The notes beneath the pieces are model-generated. The model ran no database searches. It was not told the origin of the DNA and saw only the letters and a program-made list of their open reading frames with translations. Of a stretch of DNA of 20,000 bases, positions 1 through 11,924 are shown piece by piece (the stretch's first letter is position 1; each line of letters starts with the position of its first letter). The stretch is taken from positions 54,491 to 74,490 of the forward strand of contig KZ538401.1 of assembly GCA_000934665.2 (NCBI GenBank), read 5' to 3'. Position numbers and translations under genes: made by a program. The stretch is from Catajapyx aquilonaris (Eukaryota).

Positions 1-270
1 CTCTCTTACAAAGCAAAGCCAATCTTCCGCTGATGCTTAATCAAAGGGAATTACGACGAAAAATGAGATGCCAGAGCATCTAATCGTCTTTTATCAACAA
101 GGCCATTCATTATTTTTAAACTTGGGCAGGCCGAGATCAAAAATCAAGGTCCAAACTTTCCCCTCTTCCAATATCTCCTTTATCCAAGCCTCTCGCCAAT
201 ATTCTTATGATTGGATTCCTGTGCTCCTTTCTTTGATAATGACTTTAAAGATCTTGCCAGCTTAAGAATT
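1..270 (-). mobile_element. Possible highly decayed non-LTR retrotransposon (L1/Tx1-like ORF2 C-terminal region) fragment
   Basis: Manual minus-strand translation gives AGKIFKVIIKERSTGIQS*EYWREAWIKEILEEGKVWTLIFDL, then in shifted frames MLWHLIFR / VIPFD / KHQRKIGF. This loosely follows the W...W..I...W.L.HR.LP...KIG pattern I recall from the zf-RVT region of L1/Tx1 ORF2. It needs several stops and frameshifts, so support is weak. Confidence 0.25.
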
Positions 271-777
271 CTCCTTTCTTTTCTATTCTAATGACTCTTC
301 CTTTTATGCCCAGATTGTTTGAAATTTCCGAAGGCAAGATGCATAGTAGTTGGGTCTTGTTTAAATTTTCAAATAACCTTAGGCGCATCCTTGCTTTGGC
401 ATCAGAAATTTCAGCTTATTTATCGGGACGAGGATACATTGATGTATTAACAACTTCTTCCGCGACGGAAAATTAATCCGCAAAATCTAATCAACTCGGT
501 TTGAGTTTGACGAAACTAATCTGCTCCACTTTTCCCTGCAAGAGAGAAGTCTGACTGGCGAAGAGAGCGTTAAATATTGAGTCGTCCGTATCCAAGATGT
601 TCCTTAATAAATGTCGAAATCAGGAATACAATCTATCTTATCTGGTATGTAAGTAGTTTACAAAACAATGGTTTTATCAATTTAACTGAAATGGTTACAC
701 ATTGAAATGTTACAAAACGTTAGAAAAGAGCAATTTTTAGATGTAGAAATACCGACGCGACGGTTACCCAGTTAACT

Positions 778-809
778 AGAGAGAGGGGGGGGGGGAGAGA
801 GAGAGAGAG
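778..809 (+). repeat. (AG)n microsatellite interrupted by a G11 run
   Basis: AGAGAGA-GGGGGGGGGGG-AGAGAGAGAGAGAG read directly from the sequence. Confidence 0.95.
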
Positions 810-853
810 TTTGCTGCTTACTATTCAGATATGATACCATGGCTGTTACTTCA

Positions 854-881
854 TGGTAAGGTGCCTTGGTAAGGTGCCTTG
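854..881. repeat. 13-bp tandem duplication
   Basis: TGGTAAGGTGCCT at 854-866 and 867-879, followed by TG. Confidence 0.9.
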
Positions 882-2205
882 TCCACACTATGGCCCTAAG
901 TGGAGAGTAACTGTTTGTGACACTAACAAGTGTAAGTTTCTCTCTAGGGTCCAACTACTTCATGCTCCCAATATACATTCCAATTGCACTGTTTTAAAAT
1001 GCGAATAGTGTTAGAGGCTGATATCCAAGAACTTGTGCAAACGTTAAAGTTACTGTAGTTCTATGTACACTGCAACCCACTTTATATTCATTCCGACTCC
1101 TTCCAATCAGCAAAAAAATGTCACGCTTTAAAAATTATAAAGCAGAAATCCTCCACTCCCTTCCGCCCTACCAATGAGATGTCTCCTGAACTTCTCCTGA
1201 GCTGATGGCAATATTCTACTAATACAGTGTCCATCCAGCTACAACCTGCCAGCTCCAACTGACCAGAAGGTTTCAAGACCTTCCACAAAAAAGCACTTCT
1301 ACTTTTCTTCCCAATTGATTCCGTCTAAAAAGGTGGTAGAAATCCCCGCAGTACCCTCCGACCCCCTTCTCCGTATTAGAGAACCACGGAGCTTTCAAAT
1401 AAGCTGCTTCTAAGCCTTCCACGTCACATCTTAGCCCGCTCAAACCTCAAAGTAAGGGTGGATGAGAGCCTGTACTCCGGAATGAAGAACAGAGCAGGCA
1501 GAGCAGATCGGCAAGTTTCTTTTCTGGCTGCTGGATGAGTTTCCTTAGGATGCCCTCCAAGCAAGCTCCTCTGCGCCATATCGATTGAGGACCCGACCCT
1601 TCCTTTCCCTCTTCCTTAGTCCTGGCACCTCTGCCTCACAGCCCATTCCTTGCCTCTCCCTCCTTCTCTTTCCCGCGCCTTTCCTTCTTCCGTGTGTGTG
1701 CCGCCGGCACAATTCTTCCTTCCCTGCCCCCTAATGGAGTTAATGCAGCGGCCCAAGGTGCCTGCCAAGCCTCTCCATCCCACCTGGACCCTTCGGGCCC
1801 TCGTCGCAAAAATTCTCCCTCTTTGAATGGATTGCCTGCTGCTCAACAATGCATCGCTGCCTCCTTCCTATTCTAGATGCAGTAGTCCAATATGTAGACA
1901 GGAATGAAGGCTGGGCTTTCAGACTGTCATGACATCTTCAGCGATCTACGCCCACTTGAAGCAACACAGTAGGTATGCAGTATTCTTCTGGCTGCTTTGA
2001 CGAATTCGTGCACTTCGGGTGTTGATGTTAGGGACTCACAATAGCACTACTGGGCCTTTACTTCTTGTTGCACACAGGGGACCTGGTTGTGCAGTATAAC
2101 CGGACACTGAGGTGCTGTAGTGCAGTGAAGCCATGTTTAGAAGGCCATTGTAAGCTTCTAGAAAAGTCTGCATATGCGGGAAAGCGCGAGCTAGCTTTAT
2201 ACTCG

Positions 2206-2208
<3 letters not shown>

Positions 2209-2272
<64 letters not shown>
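2209..2272 (+). repeat. (AG)32 perfect microsatellite
   Basis: 64 bp of uninterrupted AG. It accounts for the ERERER and SLSLSL runs in the ORF track. Confidence 0.98.
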
Positions 2273-2275
<3 letters not shown>

Positions 2276-5084
2276 TATATAGTAAGATGTAACTGCATAT
2301 ACTTACTGTAGGAAACGGCAACAGTAATTGCTTGAAAATTTTCGCTAATAATTAAAACCATGGATCAGATTACACCTGTCCATATAAAGTAGAAGCCTGC
2401 GACGTTGTTTGCTAGAACCTGCGTCGGTGCTAATATTGTTTGGTGTAAAATATCAGCGTTTCATTTCTTTTCCTGGTGTAAGTTATATAATTTGAGTTCA
2501 TACAATAGGCCGCAATCATAATACGAATGTGGATCAAATAAAAACGATAAAAATGAAATAACTTAATTTATTTATTGGCCGGCCGTTTGGGATGCAATTT
2601 TAGATGAATTGTTGCGGACTCATATTCCACTTCTGATGAGTTCAGAAAGTTTGCCGAGAGTGGAGTGTTAGTCGTATACAGTGGCTGTGCAAAGATGGCG
2701 GCACCCCTTCTGGTATCCCCCAAAGAGGAGAAGAGAGCCCATATTCGGGTTTGGGGAGAGAATGGACAAATACCAGCGAAATGTATAGGCAAAAGTAAGA
2801 CCTACACGAATCTGCCATGTGTCTTGCAGTCACTCGTCTAAGAGTGATATAAAATATTCCATATAACGATGAAAGTAGTCTGACAGATGCGTCATTGCCA
2901 GGAAAATGGAATGGAAATGTGACACCTGTTTTTTTTACAGCACTAGTAGACACGTGAATGCAAGACATACGGCAGAACTATTCTGTTCGTGCATTCCCCG
3001 ATACGTTTTGTTGGGATTTGTTCCTGCTGTGCAAAAAAACGAATAAAATCAATCGCCTCCTTGGTGAATGTCTGATGCTGTCTGACCCACACTCCATCAA
3101 TCGGCAGTCTATCTAAGTTATGAGTATAAGCCTAATGCATGAATCCGTAACTTTTCCTCTCAATCAACATTCCAAACGGCAAATTTGAAACAGTTTTTTG
3201 CAAATTTCTCATGTTCATAAGATCCCTGCGCTCCTCCTTAGAGCATTACTATAAGCACGCAGCCATCTTCACACATATGCTGTCCGACTACACCTCCACC
3301 TCTCCACAAACATCCGGAAGTTATGGGTAAAACAATCCGAAACTGTTCCTTTTGAACGGCATCCCAAACAAGCCACTTTGTAACATTTTCATGGCAAGAT
3401 TATTGTTTTCATTTGTATAGCAGTTCTGTCGGGGCCGAGCAATTTCCAGGACCATGGCATTGCTACAATGCCATGGTCGCCTCCACTTTACCCCTCTTGT
3501 TTTTTTCTCTCTCTCCTTCTGGAGAAAATTGTGCTCCAGAGAAACCTAGAACAATTATTGACGCTTTCAGAAGCATTACAAATGAAAAAGGCAATTGACG
3601 GCGCTGAGGGAGAAGCACCACCGAGAAAAAGCAGTTCCGCTTTTTCTCATCATATCGCATATGATGATAGACTATAATTATTGTTAAGCTTGAAACAAGG
3701 TATGATTAACTCTGATAATATTTTGTACCTCCATTAGTGATCTGCAGCCAAATACATGGGTTTTCATCATACGAGGATAATTGATGTGGTTTGGGGGGGT
3801 GCAAATGAGAGGTCAACTAGGCTTACGTTCCACGGACGATAATCATGAACTATCAAGTTTTCACGAGCAGTTAGCGTTGTCGAAGTTCTCACTCCTGCGG
3901 CAAATAAGCGCTGAAAATTCCAGGGAAAAAATTAGGTTCCAGTATTCATGCCATTGAATGCTGAATGATGCTCGAGGGAAGGTACTTGACTGGTCCCTAT
4001 CATCAGGCCATGTTGCACTTGACATGAGTGTTATATGCTTGCATTCATCACATCACGTTAGAGCAGCGCTGCTTTAGAAGCGTTTCATCACGCACTCTCA
4101 CCCTTTCCAAATATGAGAGTTGCACCAAGCTCCTCAGTCAGGATTTCCGCTCTATCCATTTATTTTAAGCTCCTTTAAATCCCCTGCTAATTAGAGATTC
4201 GCTAATGGCTCGATGGCATTCGAGATAAGGACGAAGCCAGGACTAATTTTCAACAAATAGATTACTACACCAAAGTTCTCGATATGCTATTTGTACTGTA
4301 GGCATCCTCTCACCATTCCTCCCTGACATGATGACAATACCATATCGATAAGGACCTTCCACTTACGTTATCTGCTCATTTGAAATTGGGAATCTTTCGG
4401 TGACATGTTTTCAGCCATGTGTTAGCAGTTACCACAAACTGCTTTGAAATACAACAGAGCATCGCCGAAATCTTGTGATCCACATCATAAAGGCCAGGAG
4501 TACAGAAAATGTGTTATACATATCCTGCAGAGATAATCACAAGTATATGAAGTTTGTAGTGCCCGTAAGCACCCCTGGATGGTATTTATTAAAGATGTGT
4601 ACTTTTATTGCATTGGACCTTCACGAAAAAAATGATCACTTATTGATTTCCCCGTGCATATTGCCAATCATGGCAGAGGCTGACTCCACCTACCTATCTC
4701 CACACCCTGCCATCCTTGATCTCGCCTTCTGGTTGGGTTGTCACCAAAATCGTGGCACCCGCATCTGACAAGATTTCTTATTTACAAGCAACTTTTTTGC
4801 GACTCCGCAACTTTCTCCAGTTATTATTGCATAATCATGTTTCATAATATTTTAGCACACTAGCACTTCCAACCAATTTAAATTATTTAAAAATTCCTGA
4901 CTAATAATAAATACTGCATATAACTACGTAAATTTGGTTCACTTCTTGAAGCACTTATTGTTGATACTATAGAGTATAGACAACCTTTGGTTCCTAGTGT
5001 GCAGTCCAATAATATCTTTAAGCAATTATATTTACTAATATGAACATACATTGAACTTGTAGGTAAGCATAGGAAACACCTCAG

Positions 5085-5106
5085 AGTCTTAGTATAGTCT
5101 TAGTAT
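5085..5106. repeat. 11-bp tandem duplication
   Basis: AGTCTTAGTAT x2 (5085-5095, 5096-5106), followed by a partial AGT. Confidence 0.9.
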
Positions 5107-5118
5107 AGTGAGTTGTCA

Positions 5119-5171
5119 GCGTAGGGCTTGCCCTCCTCCTCTGGGACTTATGAGGAGGGCAAGCCCTACGC
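5119..5171. repeat. Perfect 20-bp inverted repeat with 13-nt spacer (hairpin/cruciform)
   Basis: GCGTAGGGCTTGCCCTCCTC (5119-5138) is the exact reverse complement of GAGGAGGGCAAGCCCTACGC (5152-5171). The loop is CTCTGGGACTTAT. Confidence 0.95.
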
Positions 5172-8100
5172 ATACTCTACAGAGCTGATTTTTCAGAGGA
5201 GTGACAGGCGTGTGCAAAGAGTGGGAGTTGTGGCCGGTGAAGAAGGCAACCGAGACCGACTTCGAATCAGCCCCGCGGCTGGCCTCCCTACGTTTAGAAG
5301 ATTTAAAACTTCTTCACATGCATGCATTATCTGTACCACTACAGTATATGTCACGTGCCTGTATAAGGCAAACAAATTGTGAGATGTTTGTGGAGCCGTG
5401 CCCCCAAAAGACCTTTATGACTAACCATCACGGAATTTGTTATCGTACTTTCTTGCAAGACCACCTGAAAATGATAACTGCAGAGATATTAAGTAATATA
5501 TCATGTAGCTACTCACAGTAAAGCACTGTTTCAATCCGAATGATGCCTATAACTTAGCATAATCATAATTTTCTTTGTCGTGATAGTCGGAGACTACAAT
5601 GCACTCAATTTTTCAAGAAGATCAATATCCAGTTTTGGGGCACTGAACGAAAAAAAGGCAATCTTTTCGCAGCCTCCACCGTGAAATATAAGAGCAGAAA
5701 TAGTGATAAGACGGGGAATAAATACGTATTGGAAGAAATGCATCTCGTGTACGTATATATAGATCTCGACATCTCAAGAGAAAGCACCGTATATATAGAT
5801 CAAGCTGACTTTCATGCAGCAATATCTTTTTCATGCTCAGTAGGCAACTGATAGAATGTCACAAACGCATTCCCAGAGCGACCGTTAAAACATACGATCG
5901 AAATCACTATCAAGTGATAGGGTTATCGCGCACGGCGTCCGGAAAACGAGAAACAAGTGAAACACTCCAGCCTAGAAGCCTTGAGAATTCCTATAGCTCC
6001 ACAATTCAGAGGAAGAAAAATGGAGTGGAACTGCTCCCATTTGCGCAGCCCATAAGTAACAAACTCTTTCCCTCGTTCTGAAGTTAAGTGGAGGCACTGG
6101 AATAACATTGCAAAAGGGGTAAAATGGAATTGATAGCAAAATGGGGCTGAACCTTCTTCAGACACCAAAAAAAAGTCAACGTCCCTGAAAAATCACATAC
6201 TGAATATAATGTAGCAAATAACTCGACTTTTAGTTGAATTTATTATAATTATCTTGCTGCTATTTCAAGTGCTATTGAATGTTCCTAATAATAAAAAGTG
6301 ACAATTTTATGAAAAAATATATTTCAATATATAAAATCTGAGGTTGAAAAAGCAGCCAAGGGTTTGTCAGATTCCATTATTCATAAACGGTAATTTTTCC
6401 TGAGTGCTTTTGACTAGGACACGATAAAAGTTTGCGGCAGCAATGCATAAACCTCTCGCGAAGACGGAAAAAAAAATTCTTGGGAACCGTGCGTTGTGAT
6501 AGCATAAGTTTTATTTATAATTGTGCTCCCCCTGGATTGCACGGTTTCCCCGGCATAAATTTAGAAGATTAAAGGTTCCTTTCCCGAGGAAGGAAAAGGG
6601 GAATATCTGAGCCAACGACCAGGGAACAAGCTACCGTTTAGAAAAATGGGAACTTATCCCAACCTCATCGCCATCTCGTATTTTGAATGAGAAAAGCGTG
6701 GTATCAATCATTTCGCAAGCCCTTAATGGTACTTTTTTTTCTTCTCCGCCCTGAAGCAGTTTCTCCTCTTATCCTCCAGAAGAAAAGAGCCTTCCTCGGA
6801 TAAAAAATAACGATGATTTATCTCCCACCAGTTTGCAATAAAGCGGGTCAGTATAAGCAAAGTTTCCTCCCTTCCACGTTAGCTAGAGCCCTTTGTGCTG
6901 ACCGCCAGTATAGCAGCAGGGTAAGGTCATCCTCGACATATATCCGAGTTTAGCTGAGCCCGGCCTTAAAAACAACAGCAAGATATTAGAGTGTCGGGCC
7001 AGCCAAGGGATTAGAGAAGATTCGTCCGGAATGAGTTTTTGGTGCGCAGCTTTAGCTAGTGAAAAGTGAGACGGAGCGTGAGAGGATCGCAGCCAGAGAC
7101 TGCAATAAGACTCGTGGACTTGATTCGGGATTTTAGAGGGAGACCGTTAATAAAAATAATAGTAGCGCAAGTTTGGGTGACCTAACCCTATGTGGCCAGA
7201 AACGAGTTATATGATTGGTTTTCAAGTCTGGGAGAATTCGTCATTATTCTAGTTTTTTTGGGGGCGAATTCTCCAGAGAGCCGGAATGAATAACCAAGTG
7301 CAATAAATCCTGGGAGGCTGCAGAGCTTCCTAGATTAGAATTTCATCGACACAAGATTAGTGGGCCTCCAGACCGGCACACGAACATGCAAATTACAAGC
7401 CCCTGTTTTTCGACCGGTGAAAGAGTAAGTTGGGAGAATCCGCTTGAGACTTGAGTCTCTCAAACTTTTGTCAAAGGTAGTTGGAGGCAACATGCACACT
7501 ACGAAATCCCCCATGGCGACCAGGCAAGGGTGGTCTTCTGGCTTCAAACCACGGCGGCTAATGATGATTGTTCAGACGCTACCTGGCATTGTGCCCTCTA
7601 CACCCGCATGGAGCAATTAGGAAATGCTTCTAATCGGTATCCACATGCAAGCACTAAGCCCTTCTCCAAAATGGCATAGAGCCAAAAAAACACGCCCACT
7701 GTCATTTCACACTTCCCATCATCGATCTGGTCATAGAACAAAAAAAAAAAAAGTTTCGCATGCAGCACTTACTCCGACCATAGTCTTTTTCACGATGGTG
7801 GATAAAAAAAACGTGCTAAAAATTATTTATCCCCATTCGACCATAAACTTGGACCACCCAGTTAAAGAATCCCGGTACATAACTTTCCTCGCAAATACCA
7901 CTGCCGCTTCGATTTAGTTGGCCTCGCAGGGTACGACAGAATTTACCTTCGCCTGCGGCTCCAAATGCAATTTATTTTACGGAACCACCACAGAGCAGCT
8001 TGGGTTACTTGGACAGAAATAGATTTCCAATAGCGCACTACGCATACCATTTGATTGGAAATCAACAGGCTCACATGGTGTATACTGTGCGTCTCTGCCC

Positions 8101-10445
8101 TCTAAAATCCGGTTGGTCTGACAGAACCAAATTTATTTAGCAATGGGCTTATCGCAACTGGCCGTGTGACCATGGAACCGCATTCCCTACCCTAAATTGA
8201 TTGCCATCGGTTTTACGCGCTCATATTCGCAGATCAATTGACAGCTGTGAAAAAATGCTGGCCTCGTAAAGCAGAATCCACACTAGTGCAAGTGTTGAGA
8301 GAGCTACATATCCACCTATCCGCAGCTTTGACATGTGCTGGCCACTTCATTATTATGCCTATCGTCAGTTCTAATCGTTCCTCAATAGCAAAATCATGCA
8401 AACTCGACTTTACCTTTCCGCCGACCATAGTACAAAGTCGACTGTATATTATAGAAATTCCAACAACAGATGAAATGGTGATGATTCGATGCTAAATGCG
8501 TGATGTTGCTGTCATTTTTAAAAAAACCATTCGAGCAGATTTCAGATCAGAATATTCCTGAACTGATAAGAGAGAGTTATGAACTCAAAGCGTTTCCTTT
8601 GGGAATCCATGCGAGCGTTGCTTCGCATGTTTTATGGCGGTGTCAAAGTCAATATATTCATGCCCGTTGTTATGAATTGCTTCCCTTTAGCGCCCCACTA
8701 ATCAACATTTCTGATCAAACTACACAATCTGTGATTTCGGATATTTTTTATAGGCGTCTGAATTCTTTAAAATTAACACAAATACACGTTCAATAGTCAT
8801 CTTAAACTGCTTCATAAGATTAAAAATACAGCAAGTTGCATTCTTTCAACTTAATGATGATGATAGTATAAGTCGGTCATATGGCTGAGGCAGAGACTCC
8901 GCAGTAGTTCCTCTTCCCGGAATCAACATGTCAGACTGACAAAGTTTATTGTGTGGCTCAAGAAGGAAGAGTTCCAAGGGACTTGTGTCGTAGTGAAAGT
9001 ATGCCCGGCGTATATATATGAACGTGTGTAGGAAAAATATCTGTCAAGCTGCGCCGCTTTTCCGACTGTTGTAATTCCTCACCCGCTGCGCTCTTCGCAT
9101 TCATCAAAAAGGGGTTTGTGTAGCGCCACACTTGCCTATTTTAGAAGTCAGCTGCGATAAGCAAAACGTCTAGAAATTGGACAACTTTCGCGAGAGAGCT
9201 CTGACTGATTGTGCGAGTTGGTTGAAGAATTAAAATTTCACGGCTGTAACTCTCTGGAAGATGGAAATCTGCGGAAAGCCACAAATGCACGCATTATTTC
9301 CTGAAATTGCGGTTGGAATTATATTAACAAACATTTTCTAAGCGATTTATGTGATTTGGTGAATTGTTCGTGACCTGCCCAGTTTGCAATAAAAAAAGTA
9401 CGTTATGAAAATATATTTTTAAAGGCTTACTGCCGATAAACAGAAACTGCCCCCAGGTTCTTCCAGAGAGACTGAGAAAAACTTTTCAGCAAGCCCATTG
9501 GAGACGTCGTATAAAAGCCATATCCACATAAAGATAAAAATGAATCTCTCCCAATTTTATCCTTTCCGACGTATTTAGAAAAAGGGCTCCGCACAAAAAA
9601 AAAATCACCAGAGAGGATTATGGGTCTCCTGGTACTCCAAGTTTCTAGCCCCGAGCACTGGACTGGGGAAGAGGAACAATATTTTCTGCTCTCAGATGAG
9701 CCTAGTGCCCCCCCTTATATGAATTACATTCCGTTGTCGTCACTTTATTACACATAGTGCAGCACTGACAATTTGGACTGATGTCACGTCAGGATCCAAT
9801 CAGTGTCTCCGCTGAGGTCAGCTTGATGCTACTCGTTAGGAAGGGCTATATTATGACATCAGTACCACAAAAAAATTCTAAAGTGACACCAGTGTGGATG
9901 TGACAGCGTCAGGACTTTACGACACCAGCCGAGCACTCACTGGCACCGACAGTGCGAAGTTTAAACAAGAGAGCGGAAACTTTTTTTTTTTCGCCACCCC
10001 TCTCGCCATCGCACACTTTGCACATTAGCCGAGCTCAATTACAAGGGTATAGTGCAGAAAGGCTGCTCTTTCAGCATGGATCAGAGCCAAAAAGAATATT
10101 TTCCACTGCAGTCGTCGCAGTCAGGTCATTGGCAAAATTAAGCAGTATTGCAGAAGAACCCGGCTTTCTTGCCCTGCTCTTTTCCGCCCAGTTCACATTA
10201 ATCATGAGCCGTAACGGGGAAACAATAAATAACAGCCGGGGAAGAAGCTTACAGCAATTTCCGAAGGGAAAGCACTCCATTATCCACTAGTCTCGCTAGA
10301 AGTCAAAGGGTGAAAAGTCGGCTTGTGACCTGCAGCATCCTTTCTAGCTGGCATAAAAACGATTAATGCCAGCTTTGTACATTCAAGAAGAAAAGCTTGG
10401 TCCGCCATTTTTGGGAGCATCGATAGAACAGGAGGTGCAGAGAGG

Positions 10446-10469
10446 GAGAGAGAGAGAGAGAGAGAGAGA
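10446..10469 (+). repeat. (GA)12 microsatellite
   Basis: Read directly from the sequence. Confidence 0.95.
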
Positions 10470-11910
10470 AGGCCTGAAACTGAGAGAATATTACTTCCGA
10501 ATCAGTGCATTTCCGAATCAAGGCCTGTTCTCGTCAAGAGCCTCAACCTGGTGCAGCTTGAGATAAAAACTACCGCATTTTCAGTCCGCTCTCCATTCTC
10601 ATCCTATTGAATAGATTCGATCGGGTTCAAAAATGATGTCTGATCCCCAGCAAAACCCCACCGGTTCCCAGGCAAAAATTTAATAAATTCCTTCCAGCTC
10701 GCTGGGGAAAACTCTGCTGGTTCCCAACCGAGCACGATTTCTACCCTGGCCATCAAATCACATTCTTTTGATTCGGACAGGTTATGCATTATTATGCGGC
10801 ACCAGGGTCACAAAAGTCACATTCATTCGGCCTACAATATTATCTGGTTGGTATTTTGCATGCAGTATTTTTGCGGTGAGTGTTGTAGGTCAATTTTGAA
10901 TTTATTATTTATAAAAAAGTAGGGCTTATTGAAAGGTATACTGAATGCATGTATACTCTAATAATAATAAATTCGTAACAGAGTTATAATAATAACTTTT
11001 TCAATGTATAGTTGCAGGTTATTGATTTATATGCATAATGCTGCGTTCTATTTGAACTGACTTTACAGGTCCCTACTTGTTAACATGCAAAAGACCAATA
11101 TTTATGAACTCGTAAAATCAGCATGCACGCGTAATTGTCCCCTCCTGCAGCTATTGGAAGTACAAATTACACCAACATGTGGCACTCTACAAAATAAAGC
11201 GCCTCTCTAGTACGTATAAGTACTGTTGATTGATTACACCGCGAATTCCTTGCATATCATTGGAAAAGCAAATAATATGATGTACGGTGCACCGCGTAAT
11301 GCCTCTAATCAAAAGGCAATTACTGGCGGTATTCAATACCTTTGTCTATCTTATTGATATGGTTGACGTATAAAAATAGACCCTACCATCTCAAACAGCG
11401 AAGAAAAATATTTCTCTGTGATTTCCTTTGAGCTTTAATCCTATCAAATTTGAATGTCGATACATGTCACGTGGGGTTAAACACCATTAAGGATTAACAT
11501 ACTAACATGCACATCCATGTTAACACCATAGATCGATGTTTATACGTAGAAAGAGCAGTGTGCTTCCGGATTATGTTTGTGCAACGCAGCTCTACCACAT
11601 GTTTAGGAACTCCTTTTGCTCTTATTTAATTTACTGCGAGGGCTTGTCACAGTTGACATCCCCGAGAAGTGCATTAGAGAGACCAATATAATATGCACGT
11701 TTAAACAACTCATCGTCTCGGAAAACGTTCCCAGTCCTATTCCAGCAATTAGTCTGAATCAGGGTCTTGTTTACCTCCGGCAACTCGTCGATTGCGTGGA
11801 ATGAATGCACTCAGTTTGCGTGAAACATCACTTGAAATGCACGTCATGTGAACACAGTTAGGGCTTCAAAACGGGGGTTTGAAACATTTCAACCGCAAAG
11901 CCATGCGAAT

Positions 11911-11924
11911 CACACACACACACA
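11911..11924 (+). repeat. (CA)7 microsatellite
   Basis: Read directly from the sequence. Confidence 0.85.

Noticed and set aside
750..779. Helitron-like 3' end (ACCGACGCGACGGT...CTAG)
   Set aside because: The stem is weak with essentially no loop, and CTAG is followed by A (the start of the AG tract) rather than T.
1120..1900. Degenerate coding-like, pyrimidine-rich stretch (possible gag or ORF1 relic)
   Set aside because: The frames I translated are interrupted by stops and show no recognisable motif such as a zinc knuckle, RT or integrase.
1915..1941. Minus-strand hammerhead core CTGAAGA...GAAA
   Set aside because: Helix II does not close next to GAAA, and no complementary helix I arms flank the core.
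2058..2321. ORFs with ER or SL dipeptide repeats
   Set aside because: These are translation artefacts of the (AG)32 microsatellite.
2633..2648. CTGATGAGTTCAGAAA as a minimal hammerhead ribozyme
   Set aside because: It lacks the closing pair of helix II (A rather than C precedes GAAA) and has no helix I or III. It is better read as a small TTCTGA/TCAGAA hairpin.
7849..7864. TTGGACCACCCAGTTA as the partner TIR of the 19909 end
   Set aside because: It faces the wrong way relative to 19909, lies 12 kb away, and has an imperfect terminus.
10934..10955. Partial similarity to miR-iab-4 (GTATACTGAATG)
   Set aside because: There is a seed-region mismatch, the 3' end diverges, and no precursor-length hairpin is present.
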